In this document: positions 8,966-18,469 of the stretch, one piece after another
How the letters are laid out: each line of letters opens with the position of its first letter
Position numbering within the stretch: the first letter of the stretch is position 1
NCBI GenBank assembly: GCA_023511915.1
Contig: JAIMAN010000001.1
Location: forward strand, 2,877-66,876
Source: Armatimonadota bacterium
GTDB lineage: Bacteria; Armatimonadota; Fimbriimonadia; Fimbriimonadales; GBS-DC
Direction: 5' to 3'
Length of the DNA: 64,000 nt
The notes under the pieces: model-generated
What the model was told of the DNA's origin: nothing
Database searches by the model: none
The model's input: the letters and a program-made list of their open reading frames with translations, nothing else
Program-made: the position numbers and the translations under genes

Positions 8966-10168
8966 TTAGCTGAGTTGACTCACCACCGCGCCGATCCGCT
9001 CCAGCCCCGCTTCGATGACGGCTTCGGAGACGGCGTAGGAGAGGCGGATATAGCCAGGCGCGCAGAAGCCTTCGCCAGGCACGGTGGCGACGCGGGCGGT
9101 CGTGAGCAGGAACTCCGCCACATCCGCCGAGCTGCTCAGCGTGCGCCCGTCGTAAGTGCGCCCGATCAGCCCCTGCACATTCGCGTACACATAGAACGCG
9201 CCGCGCGGCGTCCAGCAGCGGATCCCCTCGATGCGGTTCAGCCCGTCCACCATCAGGCGGCGACGGCGGTCAAAAGTCGCCTGCAGCTGGGCGCGCCAGT
9301 CGGGTGTGGCGTCGCGCAGGGCAGCCAGCGCAGCGTACTGCGCAATCGTGCAGGCGTTGGAGGTCATCTGGTCTTGCAGGCGGCTCACGGCGCGGGCAAC
9401 CTCCGTCGGCGCGCCCAAGTAGCCAATCCGCCAGCCCGTCATCGCAAAGCTCTTGGAGACGCCGTTGACGGTAATCGTGCGCTGGAACACCTCCTTGCCC
9501 AGCGCGCCGATGCTCTCGTGCGTGTGCCCGTCGTACACCAGATGCTCATAAATCTCGTCGGCGACAATCCACAGGTCGTGCGTCAGCGCGAGCGAGGCAA
9601 TCTCCTTGAGCGGTTTGCGTCCAAAGACCGCGCCTGTCGGGTTGCACGGGGTGTTCAGCACGATGGCTTTCGTGCGCGGGGTAATCGCGCGGCGCAGCGC
9701 GTCATAATCGGGCAGGAAGTCGGTCGTCTCGTCGGCAGGCACAAGCACAGGCGTCGCGCCCATCAAGCGCACCTGTTCAGGGTACGACACCCAGCACGGC
9801 GTGGGGATAATCACCTCGTCGCCGGGGTCTAACAGCGCCATGAACGCGCCGAACAGCGAGTGCTTCGCGCCGCAGGAGACCACAATCTGGTCGGGCGCGT
9901 AGCGCAGGTTGTTCTCGCGTTCGAACTTCTCGGCGATGGCTTCGCGCAGGGGCAAGATGCCAGGGGTGGGGGTGTATTTGGTGTAGCCTGCGTGGATGGC
10001 TTCCAGCGCGCCCGTTTTGGCGAAGTCGGGCGTGTCGAAGTCGGGTTCGCCTGCCGTGAAACTCAGCACATCGACGCCTTGCCGTCGCAGCTCTTGGGCG
10101 CGCGCGGTCAACGCCAAGGTCGGCGACGGCTGCGCCGACAACGCCCGCTGTGAAAGACCCTTCTGCAT
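8966..10168 (-). CDS. class I pyridoxal-phosphate aminotransferase (aspartate aminotransferase-like)
   Basis: The translation shows GEPDFDTP, NTPCNPTG and SKSFAMTGWRIGY (the Lys of SKSF). I trimmed it to MQKGLSQRAL...; the track start at 10219 is a TTG followed by an implausible leader. Confidence 0.85.
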   Translation of the reverse strand: MQKGLSQRALSAQPSPTLALTARAQELRRQGVDVLSFTAGEPDFDTPDFAKTGALEAIHAGYTKYTPTPGILPLREAIAEKFERENNLRYAPDQIVVSCGAKHSLFGAFMALLDPGDEVIIPTPCWVSYPEQVRLMGATPVLVPADETTDFLPDYDALRRAITPRTKAIVLNTPCNPTGAVFGRKPLKEIASLALTHDLWIVADEIYEHLVYDGHTHESIGALGKEVFQRTITVNGVSKSFAMTGWRIGYLGAPTEVARAVSRLQDQMTSNACTIAQYAALAALRDATPDWRAQLQATFDRRRRLMVDGLNRIEGIRCWTPRGAFYVYANVQGLIGRTYDGRTLSSSADVAEFLLTTARVATVPGEGFCAPGYIRLSYAVSEAVIEAGLERIGAVVSQLS

Positions 10169-10214
10169 CGCGCTATAGGATACCTCCTCTGAGCGCGTAC
10201 ACAGCAGGAACAGG

Positions 10215-10220
10215 TACAAT
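10215..10220 (+). promoter_or_regulatory. candidate -10 box agg-TACAAT, 10 nt upstream of the antiporter ATG
   Basis: The sequence reads caggTACAATatgcgttgctATG. This is a member of the recurrent GGTAYAAT set. Confidence 0.4.
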
Positions 10221-10230
10221 ATGCGTTGCT

Positions 10231-11958
10231 ATGCCTGAGTCCCACGCCCATTCCCTGAGCGCGAGCATTTTGTTGGTGATCGGCGTCAGCATCGTGATTG
10301 TGGCGCTGTTCACGCGCTTGCGCCTGCCCGCGATTGCAGGCTTCATCCTCACGGGCGCGCTGATTGGTCCCTACGGCTTGGGCTGGGCGGGCGAAGTGGA
10401 CGCCATCAAGTTGCTGGCGGAGTTGGGCGTGGTGCTGCTGCTGTTCTCGCTGGGGGTGGAGTTCTCCATCGACAGGCTGTACCAGTTGCGCCACTATGTG
10501 CTGCGGGCGGGGCTTGCGCAGGTCGGGCTGACCGTGCTGATTTGCGCGGTCGGGTCGGGACTGCTGGGCTACACGCTGGCGCAGTCGCTGGCGCTGGGGA
10601 TGATTATCAGCCTGAGCAGCACGGCGGTCGGCGTGAAGATTCTCAAGCAGCGCGAGGAGTTGGACAGCACGCACGGGCGGTTCGCCGTCGGCGTGCTGCT
10701 GTTTCAGGACATTATGGCGCCCGTGTTTATGGCGGTTCTGCCGTTCCTGACGCAGGCGCAGGAGCAGGGTCTGCCGTTGGTGGGCGCGAAGTTGCTGCTG
10801 ACGGTGCTGGGCGTCGGCGCGGTCTACCTGCTGGCGCGGGTGGTCGTGCCTGTGGTGCTGCGCTGGATTGTGGCGTCCGACACGCGCGAGATTCCCGTGC
10901 TGGGGTCGCTGTTTGTCGCGCTGCTGATGAGCTACATTACGCAGTCGCTGGGGCTGTCGCCTGCGCTGGGCGCGTTTATCGCGGGCATCATCATCTCCGA
11001 GACGCCCTACAGCCACCAGATTACTGCCAACATCACGCCGTTCCGCGACAGTTTCCTTGCGCTGTTTTTTATCTCGGTGGGGATGTTGGTGGACTTGCCT
11101 TACCTATGGGCAAACTTCGGCGCGGTTGTGGCGTGGACGCTGTCGCTGATGGCGCTGAAGTGCCTGATTGTGCTGGGGATTGCGCTGGCGATACGGCGTC
11201 CGTTGCGTGTGGGGCTGCTGGCGGGCGTCGCGCTGGCGAACATCGGTGAGTTCTCGTTCGTGCTGATGGAGCAGTCGCGCGCGACAAATCTGCTGCCCCC
11301 AGAGTTGCTGAACGGGCTGGTGGCGGGCACTTCGCTGAGCATTCTGCTGACGCCGCTGCTGTTGGCGGGCGCGTATTGGGGCTTGGCGCGGGCGACCCGA
11401 CGAGCGCACTGGCTGAGCCGTGTACGCGCCGCGCACGAGAGCCACCCCGAACTGCGCGACCATATCATCATCGTCGGCTACGGGCTGAACGGGCGCAACT
11501 TGGCGAACCTGCTGCGCGAGTTGGAGCAGCCGTTTGTGGTCGTGGAGATGAACGGCGCGCTGGTGCGCGAGGCGCAGAAGCAGGGCATCCCCGTCATCTA
11601 CGGCGACGCGGCGTACCCCGAGATTATGCACGCGGCAGGGGTGGAACATGCCCGCGCCGTCGTGATTGCCGTCTCCGACCCGATTAGCACGCGCTACACT
11701 GTGCGCACCGTGCGCGAGTTGAACCCGACGGTGTATGTGGTCGCCCGCACGCGCTACATGGCGGAAATCGAGCCGCTGTACGCCGTCGGCGCGACCGATG
11801 TCATCCCCGAGGAGTTCGAGACCTTCATCGAGATTGCGGGACGCCTGATGCGCCTGCTGGGCGTGGACAACGAGCAGCGCCTGCAGCTGATGAACCAGTG
11901 CCGCGCCCGCCACTACCAGATGCTTCAGGAGACCAAAGAGGGCGTGTTCGCGAATTAG
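10231..11958 (+). CDS. CPA2 monovalent cation:proton antiporter with a C-terminal RCK/TrkA-N domain (Kef-like)
   Basis: About 12 hydrophobic helices are followed by IIIVGYGLNGRNLANLL (a Rossmann GxGxxG). I trimmed the ORF to the ATG at 10231 (MPESHAHSLSASILLVIGV). Confidence 0.85.
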   Translation: MPESHAHSLSASILLVIGVSIVIVALFTRLRLPAIAGFILTGALIGPYGLGWAGEVDAIKLLAELGVVLLLFSLGVEFSIDRLYQLRHYVLRAGLAQVGLTVLICAVGSGLLGYTLAQSLALGMIISLSSTAVGVKILKQREELDSTHGRFAVGVLLFQDIMAPVFMAVLPFLTQAQEQGLPLVGAKLLLTVLGVGAVYLLARVVVPVVLRWIVASDTREIPVLGSLFVALLMSYITQSLGLSPALGAFIAGIIISETPYSHQITANITPFRDSFLALFFISVGMLVDLPYLWANFGAVVAWTLSLMALKCLIVLGIALAIRRPLRVGLLAGVALANIGEFSFVLMEQSRATNLLPPELLNGLVAGTSLSILLTPLLLAGAYWGLARATRRAHWLSRVRAAHESHPELRDHIIIVGYGLNGRNLANLLRELEQPFVVVEMNGALVREAQKQGIPVIYGDAAYPEIMHAAGVEHARAVVIAVSDPISTRYTVRTVRELNPTVYVVARTRYMAEIEPLYAVGATDVIPEEFETFIEIAGRLMRLLGVDNEQRLQLMNQCRARHYQMLQETKEGVFAN

Positions 11959-11966
11959 CCAACGGA

Positions 11967-12689
11967 CTACCCCGCGTTGAAGCGCAGGATCTTCTCCCAA
12001 TCCAGCGCGCCGCTGGAGTCGGCAAACTCGTTCAGCAGGTCGCGCGTGAAGCGGTTGACCGCCTTCGCCCACTCCTGCTGATACCGTTGCTTCTGCTGCT
12101 CAGGATAGTCCTGCATCAGGCGCACCAGCTTGAGATAAAACTCGGGGTCGCCCGTCAGCTCTTCCCAGAACGCCTTGCCCGACACAATCCGATACCGCCG
12201 CTTGGTCGTTGGCGGGCTAACGCGCTTGCCGTAGGCGCACCCAAGCACAGGGTCAAACTGCTTGCCCAGCTGACTGAGATGCTGGCGCAGGCGGTGATAC
12301 AGCTCCTGAAACTCGTCGTTCATTCGCGCCGTCTGACTGGAGTTGAACACATTCGGACCCGACTTCACCGCGATGGCTTTGTATACTGTGCCCGCATCCA
12401 CTTCAAGGTCTATGCCCTTCGCGCTCGACTTGTGCCCGCCGCTAACCGCAAGCGCAATCGGCTCTACGAAGGTCTCGCCGAAAATCGTCTCATCGGACGC
12501 CTGCGTGTGCATCTGCAGCAGATACTCGACCAGCTCCGACGCCGCGCGGATACCAATCGCGCGGAGAAGATATGGGTTCTTGCGCTTCAGGACATCCTTC
12601 AGTCGCAGCCCCGACAGGTTACTGATGCGCCTTGTGTAGAACGCCTCCAAGCACTGTTTCACCAAGTCCTGAAGGGCGTCAGGACTCAT
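11967..12689 (-). CDS. putative type II restriction endonuclease
   Basis: This gene lies immediately downstream of, and overlaps by 11 nt, the methyltransferase gene. The sequence ...LKDVLKRKNPYLLRA...ETIFGETFVEPIA...KGIDLEVD...AIAVKSGPN...FWEELTGDPEFYLKLV resembles what I recall of PmeII-family type II enzymes, which I have not verified. I trimmed it to the ATG at 12689 (MSPDALQDLV). Confidence 0.55.
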   Translation of the reverse strand: MSPDALQDLVKQCLEAFYTRRISNLSGLRLKDVLKRKNPYLLRAIGIRAASELVEYLLQMHTQASDETIFGETFVEPIALAVSGGHKSSAKGIDLEVDAGTVYKAIAVKSGPNVFNSSQTARMNDEFQELYHRLRQHLSQLGKQFDPVLGCAYGKRVSPPTTKRRYRIVSGKAFWEELTGDPEFYLKLVRLMQDYPEQQKQRYQQEWAKAVNRFTRDLLNEFADSSGALDWEKILRFNAG

Positions 12690-13569
12690 ACGCGACCCCA
12701 TTCTCCGCGAAGGTATACAGGTTAGGCGATGCCTGTTCGCGTGCGATACGCTCTTCGGCGAGGCGCACATACTCTTCCACCAGCTCAATCCCGATGTAGC
12801 GGCGGTCGTTGCGGATGCAGGCAATCGCCGTCGTGCCCGAACCCATAAACGGGTCTAACACAAGGTCGCCTGGCTCAGTGAACAGCTTGATGAACCACGC
12901 GGGCAACTCCACAGGGAAGGTCGCCGCGTGATAGCGGTTGTAGCACTCGGTCGCCATATGCAACACATTCGTCGGATAGGCGTACTCGCGCCCAATCCAG
13001 TTCGCCACACGCTTGCCGAAGCCGCTGCCCGCCCGCGAGTTGAACCGATGCAGGTCGTTCGCGCCCAGTTTCTTCAGCCGCTCGTGCCGCCACTCGCCCA
13101 TCGGCGCCATCACTGCCTCTTGGAACATTTTGAACTGCTTCTGCTTGGTGAAGTGCAACAGTCGCTCCCACGCATCGCGGAAGCGGTTCGGCCACTTGCC
13201 TGGATAGCAGTTCTTCTTGTGCCAGAGGTACTCTTCCGTCCAAAGCCATCCTTGCTGGCGCATCGCGAGGATGAGTTCCAGCACATAGGTATGTCGCTCG
13301 CCGTTGACGACGCGCTCTTTGATGTTCAGCACGAACGACCCTGTGGGCTTGAGGACGCGCTTCAACTCGGCGGCGATGGGCAGGAACCACTCGACATAGT
13401 GGTCGGGGTGGACGCCGCCGTAGACATGCTTGCGCTGGTCGGCGTAGGGCGGCGAGGTGATGATGAGGTCGACGCAGGCATCGGGCAACTGCGTCAGCAC
13501 CGTGCGGCAGTCGCCGTGCAGGATACGGTTCACAAACGGCGCAAGTTGCGTCTCGTGGGCGTCGGGCAT
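12679..13569 (-). CDS. beta-class N4/N6 DNA methyltransferase (probably N4-cytosine)
   Basis: The catalytic motif IITSPPYADQ precedes the AdoMet motif LVLDPFMGSGTTAIA, which is the beta-class order. SPPY rather than DPPY leans toward m4C. I trimmed it to the ATG at 13569 (MPDAHETQLAPFVNRILHGDC). Confidence 0.85.
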   Translation of the reverse strand: MPDAHETQLAPFVNRILHGDCRTVLTQLPDACVDLIITSPPYADQRKHVYGGVHPDHYVEWFLPIAAELKRVLKPTGSFVLNIKERVVNGERHTYVLELILAMRQQGWLWTEEYLWHKKNCYPGKWPNRFRDAWERLLHFTKQKQFKMFQEAVMAPMGEWRHERLKKLGANDLHRFNSRAGSGFGKRVANWIGREYAYPTNVLHMATECYNRYHAATFPVELPAWFIKLFTEPGDLVLDPFMGSGTTAIACIRNDRRYIGIELVEEYVRLAEERIAREQASPNLYTFAENGVAYES

Positions 13570-13667
13570 ACCGCCGATAGTATACCTTGCTTGGGCTGGC
13601 GTCCTTTGCGCCCCTGCCCCAACACCCCTGCAAAACTTGCCTGCACACGCCGACAATTGACCTCAAC

Positions 13668-15764
13668 ATGGCGTGGGCGACTTGGCTGACACGGGCGTTG
13701 CGCAACTCCGACCTGATGATTGCGCTGGCAATCCTGGTCGTCGTCACGATGCTGATTCTGCCCATGCCGAAGTGGATGCTGGACACCTTCATCGTGTTCA
13801 ACTTCGCGGCATCCATCGTGATTGCGCTGATGGCGGTCAACATCACCAACCCGCTGCAGTTCTCGGTGTTCCCCGCGTTGCTGCTGGTGACGACGCTGTT
13901 TCGGCTGGCGTTGAGCATCGTCGCCACGAAGTTGATACTGGGCACGGGCAGCGCGGGCAAGGTGATCGAGACCTTCGGGCAGTTCGTGGTCGGGGGCGAC
14001 TTCGTGGTGGGCGTGGTGGCGTTCCTGATTCTGGTGGTGGTGCAGTTTGTGGTCATCACCAACGGCGCGGGGCGCGTGGCGGAGGTCGCCGCACGCTTTA
14101 CGCTGGACGCGATGCCCGGCAAGCAGATGGCAATCGACGCCGACCTGAACGCAGGGCTGATTGACCAAGCGGAAGCCAAACGCCGTCGCCGCGCCATCGA
14201 GATGGAGGCGGACTTCTACGGCGCGATGGACGGCGCGAGCAAGTTTGTCAAGGGCGACGCCATCGCTGCAATCCTGATTATCCTCATCAACATCATCGGC
14301 GGGTTCGCAGTCGGGTTTTTGCGCGGGCAGGGCGACGCGATGACCGTGCTGCAGACCTACACGCTGCTGACCGTCGGCGAGGGTCTGGTGGCGCAGATTC
14401 CCGCGCTGCTGATTTCCACCGCGACGGGCTTGCTGGTGACCCGCGCCTCCACCGAGCAGGCGATGGGGCAGGATGTGGTCGGGCAGGTGCTGCAGTACCC
14501 GCGCGTGCTGATGGCGGCGGGTGCGGCGGTGGCGTTCCTGTCGCTTGTGCCGGGCTTTCCTAAGCCGCAGTTTCTTCTCATCGGCGCGGCGCTGTTCGGG
14601 CTGGGCTATCTGGCGACACGGGTGAACCTTCTGCCTCCGCCTCCAGAGCCAGAGCAGCCCGAAGAGACCGCCGCCCCGCCCCCCACAGGTCCCGAAGCCG
14701 TGCTGCCCATGCTGAAAGTGGACGCCATCGAGTTGGAAATCGGCTACGGGCTGATGCCGCTGGTAGACCCGAACCAGAAGGGCGACTTGCTGGAGCGCAT
14801 CGCGGCGATACGGCGACAGTTGGCAACCGACTTGGGCTTCGTGATGCCGTCGGTGCGCGTGCGGGATAATGTGCGCCTGCGCCCGCTGCAGTACCAAATC
14901 AAGATTCGGGGCGAGACGGTCGCGCAGGCGGAGGCGCAGCCGCGCCTGCTGCTGGCGATGCCCCCCAGCGCGGACTCGCCCCCGATTGAAGGCATGGCGA
15001 CCACCGAGCCTGTGTTCGGCATGCGGGCGTACTGGATCGAGCCAAGCCTTCGTGAGCAAGCGCAGCGACTGGGCTACACGGTGGTGGAGCCGACCGCCGT
15101 CGTCGCCACGCACCTGACCGAGATTGTGCGCCGCTACGCCGCCGAACTGCTGGGGCGCGCCGAGACCCAGCAACTGCTGGACAACCTCAAGGAACACAAC
15201 CCCGTCGTCGTGCAGGAGGTCGTGCCCGACCTGCTGACGCTGGGCGAGGTGCAGAAGGTGCTGCAACACCTGCTGCGCGAGGGCGTGCCCATTCGCGACT
15301 TGGAGACGATTTTGGAGACGCTGGGCGACTATGCAGGGCGCACGCGCGATACGGAGGCGTTGGGCGAGTACGCCCGCGCCGCGCTGTCGCGCACAATCAC
15401 GCACCGCCTGCAGTCGCCCGACGGCAAACTGCGCCTGATGGCGTTCGAGCCTGCGCTGGAGGCGTACCTGCGCGAGCGCGTGGAACAGACCCCGCACGGC
15501 GTCGCGCTGGGACTGGAGATGGAGACCAGCCGCGCGCTGCTGCACGCCATCACCCAGCACGCCCAGCAGATGACCGCGCGGGGCTACCTGCCCGTGCTGG
15601 CGTGCGCGGGCAACCTGCGCCTGCCGATACGCAAACTGCTCGGCGCGGAGTTGCCCCAACTGCATGTGATGGCGTATCACGAGATTGCCCCCAACACAAC
15701 CATCGAGATTGTGGAGCAAATCGCCCGCGCGGAGGCGCTAAACGCGGCGACGGCGGCGGCGTAG
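13668..15764 (+). CDS. flhA: flagellar type III export apparatus protein FlhA
   Basis: The FHIPEP hallmarks are present: FPALLLVTTLFRLALSIVATKLIL, GAGRVAEVAARFTLDAMPGKQMAIDADL and FYGAMDGASKFVKGDAIA. I trimmed it to the ATG at 13668. Confidence 0.92.
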   Translation: MAWATWLTRALRNSDLMIALAILVVVTMLILPMPKWMLDTFIVFNFAASIVIALMAVNITNPLQFSVFPALLLVTTLFRLALSIVATKLILGTGSAGKVIETFGQFVVGGDFVVGVVAFLILVVVQFVVITNGAGRVAEVAARFTLDAMPGKQMAIDADLNAGLIDQAEAKRRRRAIEMEADFYGAMDGASKFVKGDAIAAILIILINIIGGFAVGFLRGQGDAMTVLQTYTLLTVGEGLVAQIPALLISTATGLLVTRASTEQAMGQDVVGQVLQYPRVLMAAGAAVAFLSLVPGFPKPQFLLIGAALFGLGYLATRVNLLPPPPEPEQPEETAAPPPTGPEAVLPMLKVDAIELEIGYGLMPLVDPNQKGDLLERIAAIRRQLATDLGFVMPSVRVRDNVRLRPLQYQIKIRGETVAQAEAQPRLLLAMPPSADSPPIEGMATTEPVFGMRAYWIEPSLREQAQRLGYTVVEPTAVVATHLTEIVRRYAAELLGRAETQQLLDNLKEHNPVVVQEVVPDLLTLGEVQKVLQHLLREGVPIRDLETILETLGDYAGRTRDTEALGEYARAALSRTITHRLQSPDGKLRLMAFEPALEAYLRERVEQTPHGVALGLEMETSRALLHAITQHAQQMTARGYLPVLACAGNLRLPIRKLLGAELPQLHVMAYHEIAPNTTIEIVEQIARAEALNAATAAA

Positions 15765-15775
15765 GGCAAAGCCCA

Positions 15776-16510
15776 TCAATCCAACACGGGGATCTTCTCC
15801 GCCTCGCGCATGGCGTCGCGCGGGTTCAGCACAGGCTCATCCGCCACAATCTTGCCGTCGCGGAAGCGGATGATGCGCTTGGCATGCTCGGCAATATCGG
15901 GCTCGTGCGTTACCAACACAATCGTGCGCCCTTCGCGGTTGAGCCGCTGGAAGATTGCCATAATCTCTTCGCTGGAGCGCGAGTCGAGGTTGCCCGTCGG
16001 TTCGTCCGCCAGAATCAGCACGGGGTCGGTGACGATGGCGCGGGCAATCGCGACGCGCTGCTGCTGCCCGCCCGACAGTTCGTTCGGCTTGTGGTGGATG
16101 CGCTCCGCCAGCCCGACCATCTCCAGCGCGCGTTTGGCGCGTTCGGTACGATCCCGCGCGCCTGCATACAAGAGCGGCAACTCCACATTGCGCAGCGCAG
16201 TGACTCGCGGCAACAGGTTGAAGGTCTGAAACACAAAGCCGATGTAGCGGTTGCGTATCTGCGCCAGTTGCGAATCGCTCATTGCGCTTGCTAACTCGCC
16301 GTTGAGGTAATACTCGCCGTCGGTGGGGCGGTCTAAGCAGCCGATAAGGTTCATAAAGGTCGACTTGCCCGACCCCGACGGTCCCATAATTGCCACGAAC
16401 TCGCCGGGCATCACGGTCAAGTCCACCCCACGCAGCGCATGCACCACAACGGAACCCATCTTATAGTCCTTTTTCAGGTTGCGTACCTCGATAACGGGTT
16501 TCATAGGCAT
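15776..16510 (-). CDS. ABC transporter ATP-binding protein (MacB/LolD/FtsE-like), with no adjacent permease
   Basis: The translation contains [23 protein letters not shown] and [12 protein letters not shown] trimmed it to [14 protein letters not shown]; the ATG at 16504 is an alternative start. Confidence 0.88.
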   Translation of the reverse strand: MPMKPVIEVRNLKKDYKMGSVVVHALRGVDLTVMPGEFVAIMGPSGSGKSTFMNLIGCLDRPTDGEYYLNGELASAMSDSQLAQIRNRYIGFVFQTFNLLPRVTALRNVELPLLYAGARDRTERAKRALEMVGLAERIHHKPNELSGGQQQRVAIARAIVTDPVLILADEPTGNLDSRSSEEIMAIFQRLNREGRTIVLVTHEPDIAEHAKRIIRFRDGKIVADEPVLNPRDAMREAEKIPVLD

Positions 16511-16532
16511 GGGTAGTATACCTGTAGACGCT

Positions 16533-18245
16533 TCAGCCCGCCTTGAGTTCGACGCGCAGGGTCTTTTCGTGGGTGTAGAGGGCGAAGCCTTGCGGCGCGC
16601 CTTTCGGTTTGCGCACATATTTGCGCAGGGTGTAGTCCACCTCCACGACGCGTGCGTGCCTGTCCGCGCTGTGTTGCGCTGCTAGTCGCGCGGCGAACTC
16701 CAGCGTGCTGCGCGGCACGCGCTGCGGCTGGTTCTCCGTGCGGATAATCACATGCGCGCCTGTGCCCGTGCGCACATGCAGCCACCAGTCGTTGGACTTG
16801 GCGATGCGGGTCAGCAGGAAGTCGTTCGCGGCGGCGTTCTCGCCGACCAGCACTTGGTAGCCGTCGGGGCTAAGGTGCGCGCGGATTTTGTGTCCTTCGA
16901 ACGGGTCTTTCTCGGCGCGTTTGGCGGGGCTGAGGGTGGTCGTCTCGCGCAGCCAGCCGTGCGCTTTGGCGTCTGCGTGCAGTCGCAGCAGCGCGTCGGG
17001 GTCGGCGGCTTGCTCGGCTTGCAGCAGCGCGTAGCGCAGTGCGTTCGCCTCGTCGGTGAGGCGTTGCAGGCGGGCGTGCAGTTCGGCGCGGCTCTCGCGG
17101 GCGCGGCGCGCCTTGTGGAAGTACCGCTCGGCGTTCTCGGCGGGCGTTTTGGCGGGGTCTATCGGGATGGCGATTTCGGGCGCGTCGGGCTGCGTGTAGT
17201 CGGGCGCGTGCAGGGTGGTCGCGCCTGCAGGCATGTTGTGCCCGAACGCGAGGATGAGTTCGCCGTAGAGTTGCCAGCGGTCGGCGTCTTGGCTTGCGTG
17301 CAGGGCGCGTTGCAGGTCGGCAAGGGCGCGTTCGCGCGCCTGCAGCGCACGGCGTAGGCTCGGCAGCAGGCTCTGGCGCAGCGCGTCCGTGCGGGCGTGC
17401 TGGATGCGCTCGCTGAACGCCTGCTCCCACGCGAGGCTGACGCTGGTACGCGCGTGCTGCCAACTGTCGGGGAAGCGCAGGCTGGGGAACGGGTACGCGC
17501 CGAGTGCGCGGCGGGTCTGCGGGTCGCGAATCAGCACGGGCTGCCACGCGCCCTCGCGCAGCCGTCGCGCCCACGCCACAACGCCGTCCACGCCCCCCGC
17601 GCGGTACACCGCTTCCAGTTCGTCTGCCGTGAAGCGGCTCAGCCCCTCGATGTGCGCCTGCCAATCGCGCGGCTCGCCCATCGGCGTAATCAGCGTGCGC
17701 CAGTCGTCGTCGGTCATCGCCAGCGGGTTGAGTAGCCCCTCCACGCGCGTTGGGGGCAGGCGATATGTCTCGCCCGCGCGAATGGGGCGCGCCTCGCTCT
17801 GACGCGGCGAGACCCACTTGAGCGCGCTGCGCACCAGTCCCGTCGGCTCCACCAGAATAATGTTGGAGTGCTTGCCCATCAGTTCAATCATCAGCCGATA
17901 GACCCCCTCGCGCGTCTGCACCTCCGCCTGCACGATTCGGTCGAAGCCCAGCATCGTCATCGAGCGCACGATACCGCCTTCAAGGTGCTTGCGCAGGCTC
18001 TGCAGGAACGGCGGGGGCGTCGGCGCGTTGGGCAACTTCGCGCTAATCGTGTGCATGCGGGCGAACTGCGCGTCCGCGCTAATCAGCAGCCGATGCTCGG
18101 CGCGCTGCGCGTATAGGTGCAGCACGATTGTCAGCGGCTCGGGCTGGCGGATGTCCTGAACCCGCGCGCCCGCGAAAAAGTCGCGCTCCTGCAGCACAGC
18201 GTACAGGTTCAGGCTGTCGAACGGGATCGGCTTCGCATCGGGCAT
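16533..18245 (-). CDS. rqcH: NFACT-family ribosome quality control protein (RqcH / FbpA-like)
   Basis: The 570 aa product has an N-terminal NFACT-N pattern (LNLYAVLQE...[10 protein letters not shown]...LHLY) and a C-terminal DUF814-like segment ([15 protein letters not shown]). Confidence 0.75.
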   Translation of the reverse strand: MPDAKPIPFDSLNLYAVLQERDFFAGARVQDIRQPEPLTIVLHLYAQRAEHRLLISADAQFARMHTISAKLPNAPTPPPFLQSLRKHLEGGIVRSMTMLGFDRIVQAEVQTREGVYRLMIELMGKHSNIILVEPTGLVRSALKWVSPRQSEARPIRAGETYRLPPTRVEGLLNPLAMTDDDWRTLITPMGEPRDWQAHIEGLSRFTADELEAVYRAGGVDGVVAWARRLREGAWQPVLIRDPQTRRALGAYPFPSLRFPDSWQHARTSVSLAWEQAFSERIQHARTDALRQSLLPSLRRALQARERALADLQRALHASQDADRWQLYGELILAFGHNMPAGATTLHAPDYTQPDAPEIAIPIDPAKTPAENAERYFHKARRARESRAELHARLQRLTDEANALRYALLQAEQAADPDALLRLHADAKAHGWLRETTTLSPAKRAEKDPFEGHKIRAHLSPDGYQVLVGENAAANDFLLTRIAKSNDWWLHVRTGTGAHVIIRTENQPQRVPRSTLEFAARLAAQHSADRHARVVEVDYTLRKYVRKPKGAPQGFALYTHEKTLRVELKAG

Positions 18246-18252
18246 GGCGTAA

Positions 18253-18258
18253 TTATAC
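18253..18258 (-). promoter_or_regulatory. candidate -10 TATAAT, 6 nt upstream of the rqcH ATG (possibly a leaderless mRNA)
   Basis: The minus strand reads gtgtaatcgTATAATtacgccATG. Confidence 0.3.
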
Positions 18259-18469
18259 GATTACACGCGCATCTACCGTCCGTATCAGCTGATGTCCGAC
18301 CCTGTGTACGACGATGCGCCGCCTGATTAGGCACGCAGTCCGTGGCGGTAATACGCGCTGTGCGGACGGGTCGCCCACGGGCACTGACAAGAGTACATCG
18401 TCGAGCGTTGTACCCCTATCCGCCCCGTGGGGGGTGAACCCGTCGTTCGTCGTGCCTGGCGGACGGCGT

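Noticed and set aside
6482-9832. Plus-strand ORFs of 432, 367 and 440 aa.
   Set aside because: They are antisense to the P-type ATPase and the aminotransferase, both of which have strong motif support.
10108-12072. Minus-strand ORFs of 302 and 322 aa.
   Set aside because: They are antisense to the CPA2 antiporter. The products are extremely Arg/Gln/His-rich.
12875-14197. A 440 aa minus-strand ORF spanning the methylase/flhA boundary.
   Set aside because: It is out of frame with the methylase and antisense to flhA, and it crosses the divergent promoter region.
13530-15719. A 729 aa ORF on the minus strand.
   Set aside because: It is antisense to flhA, which carries unmistakable FHIPEP motifs. 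The product is Arg/His/Gln-rich junk.
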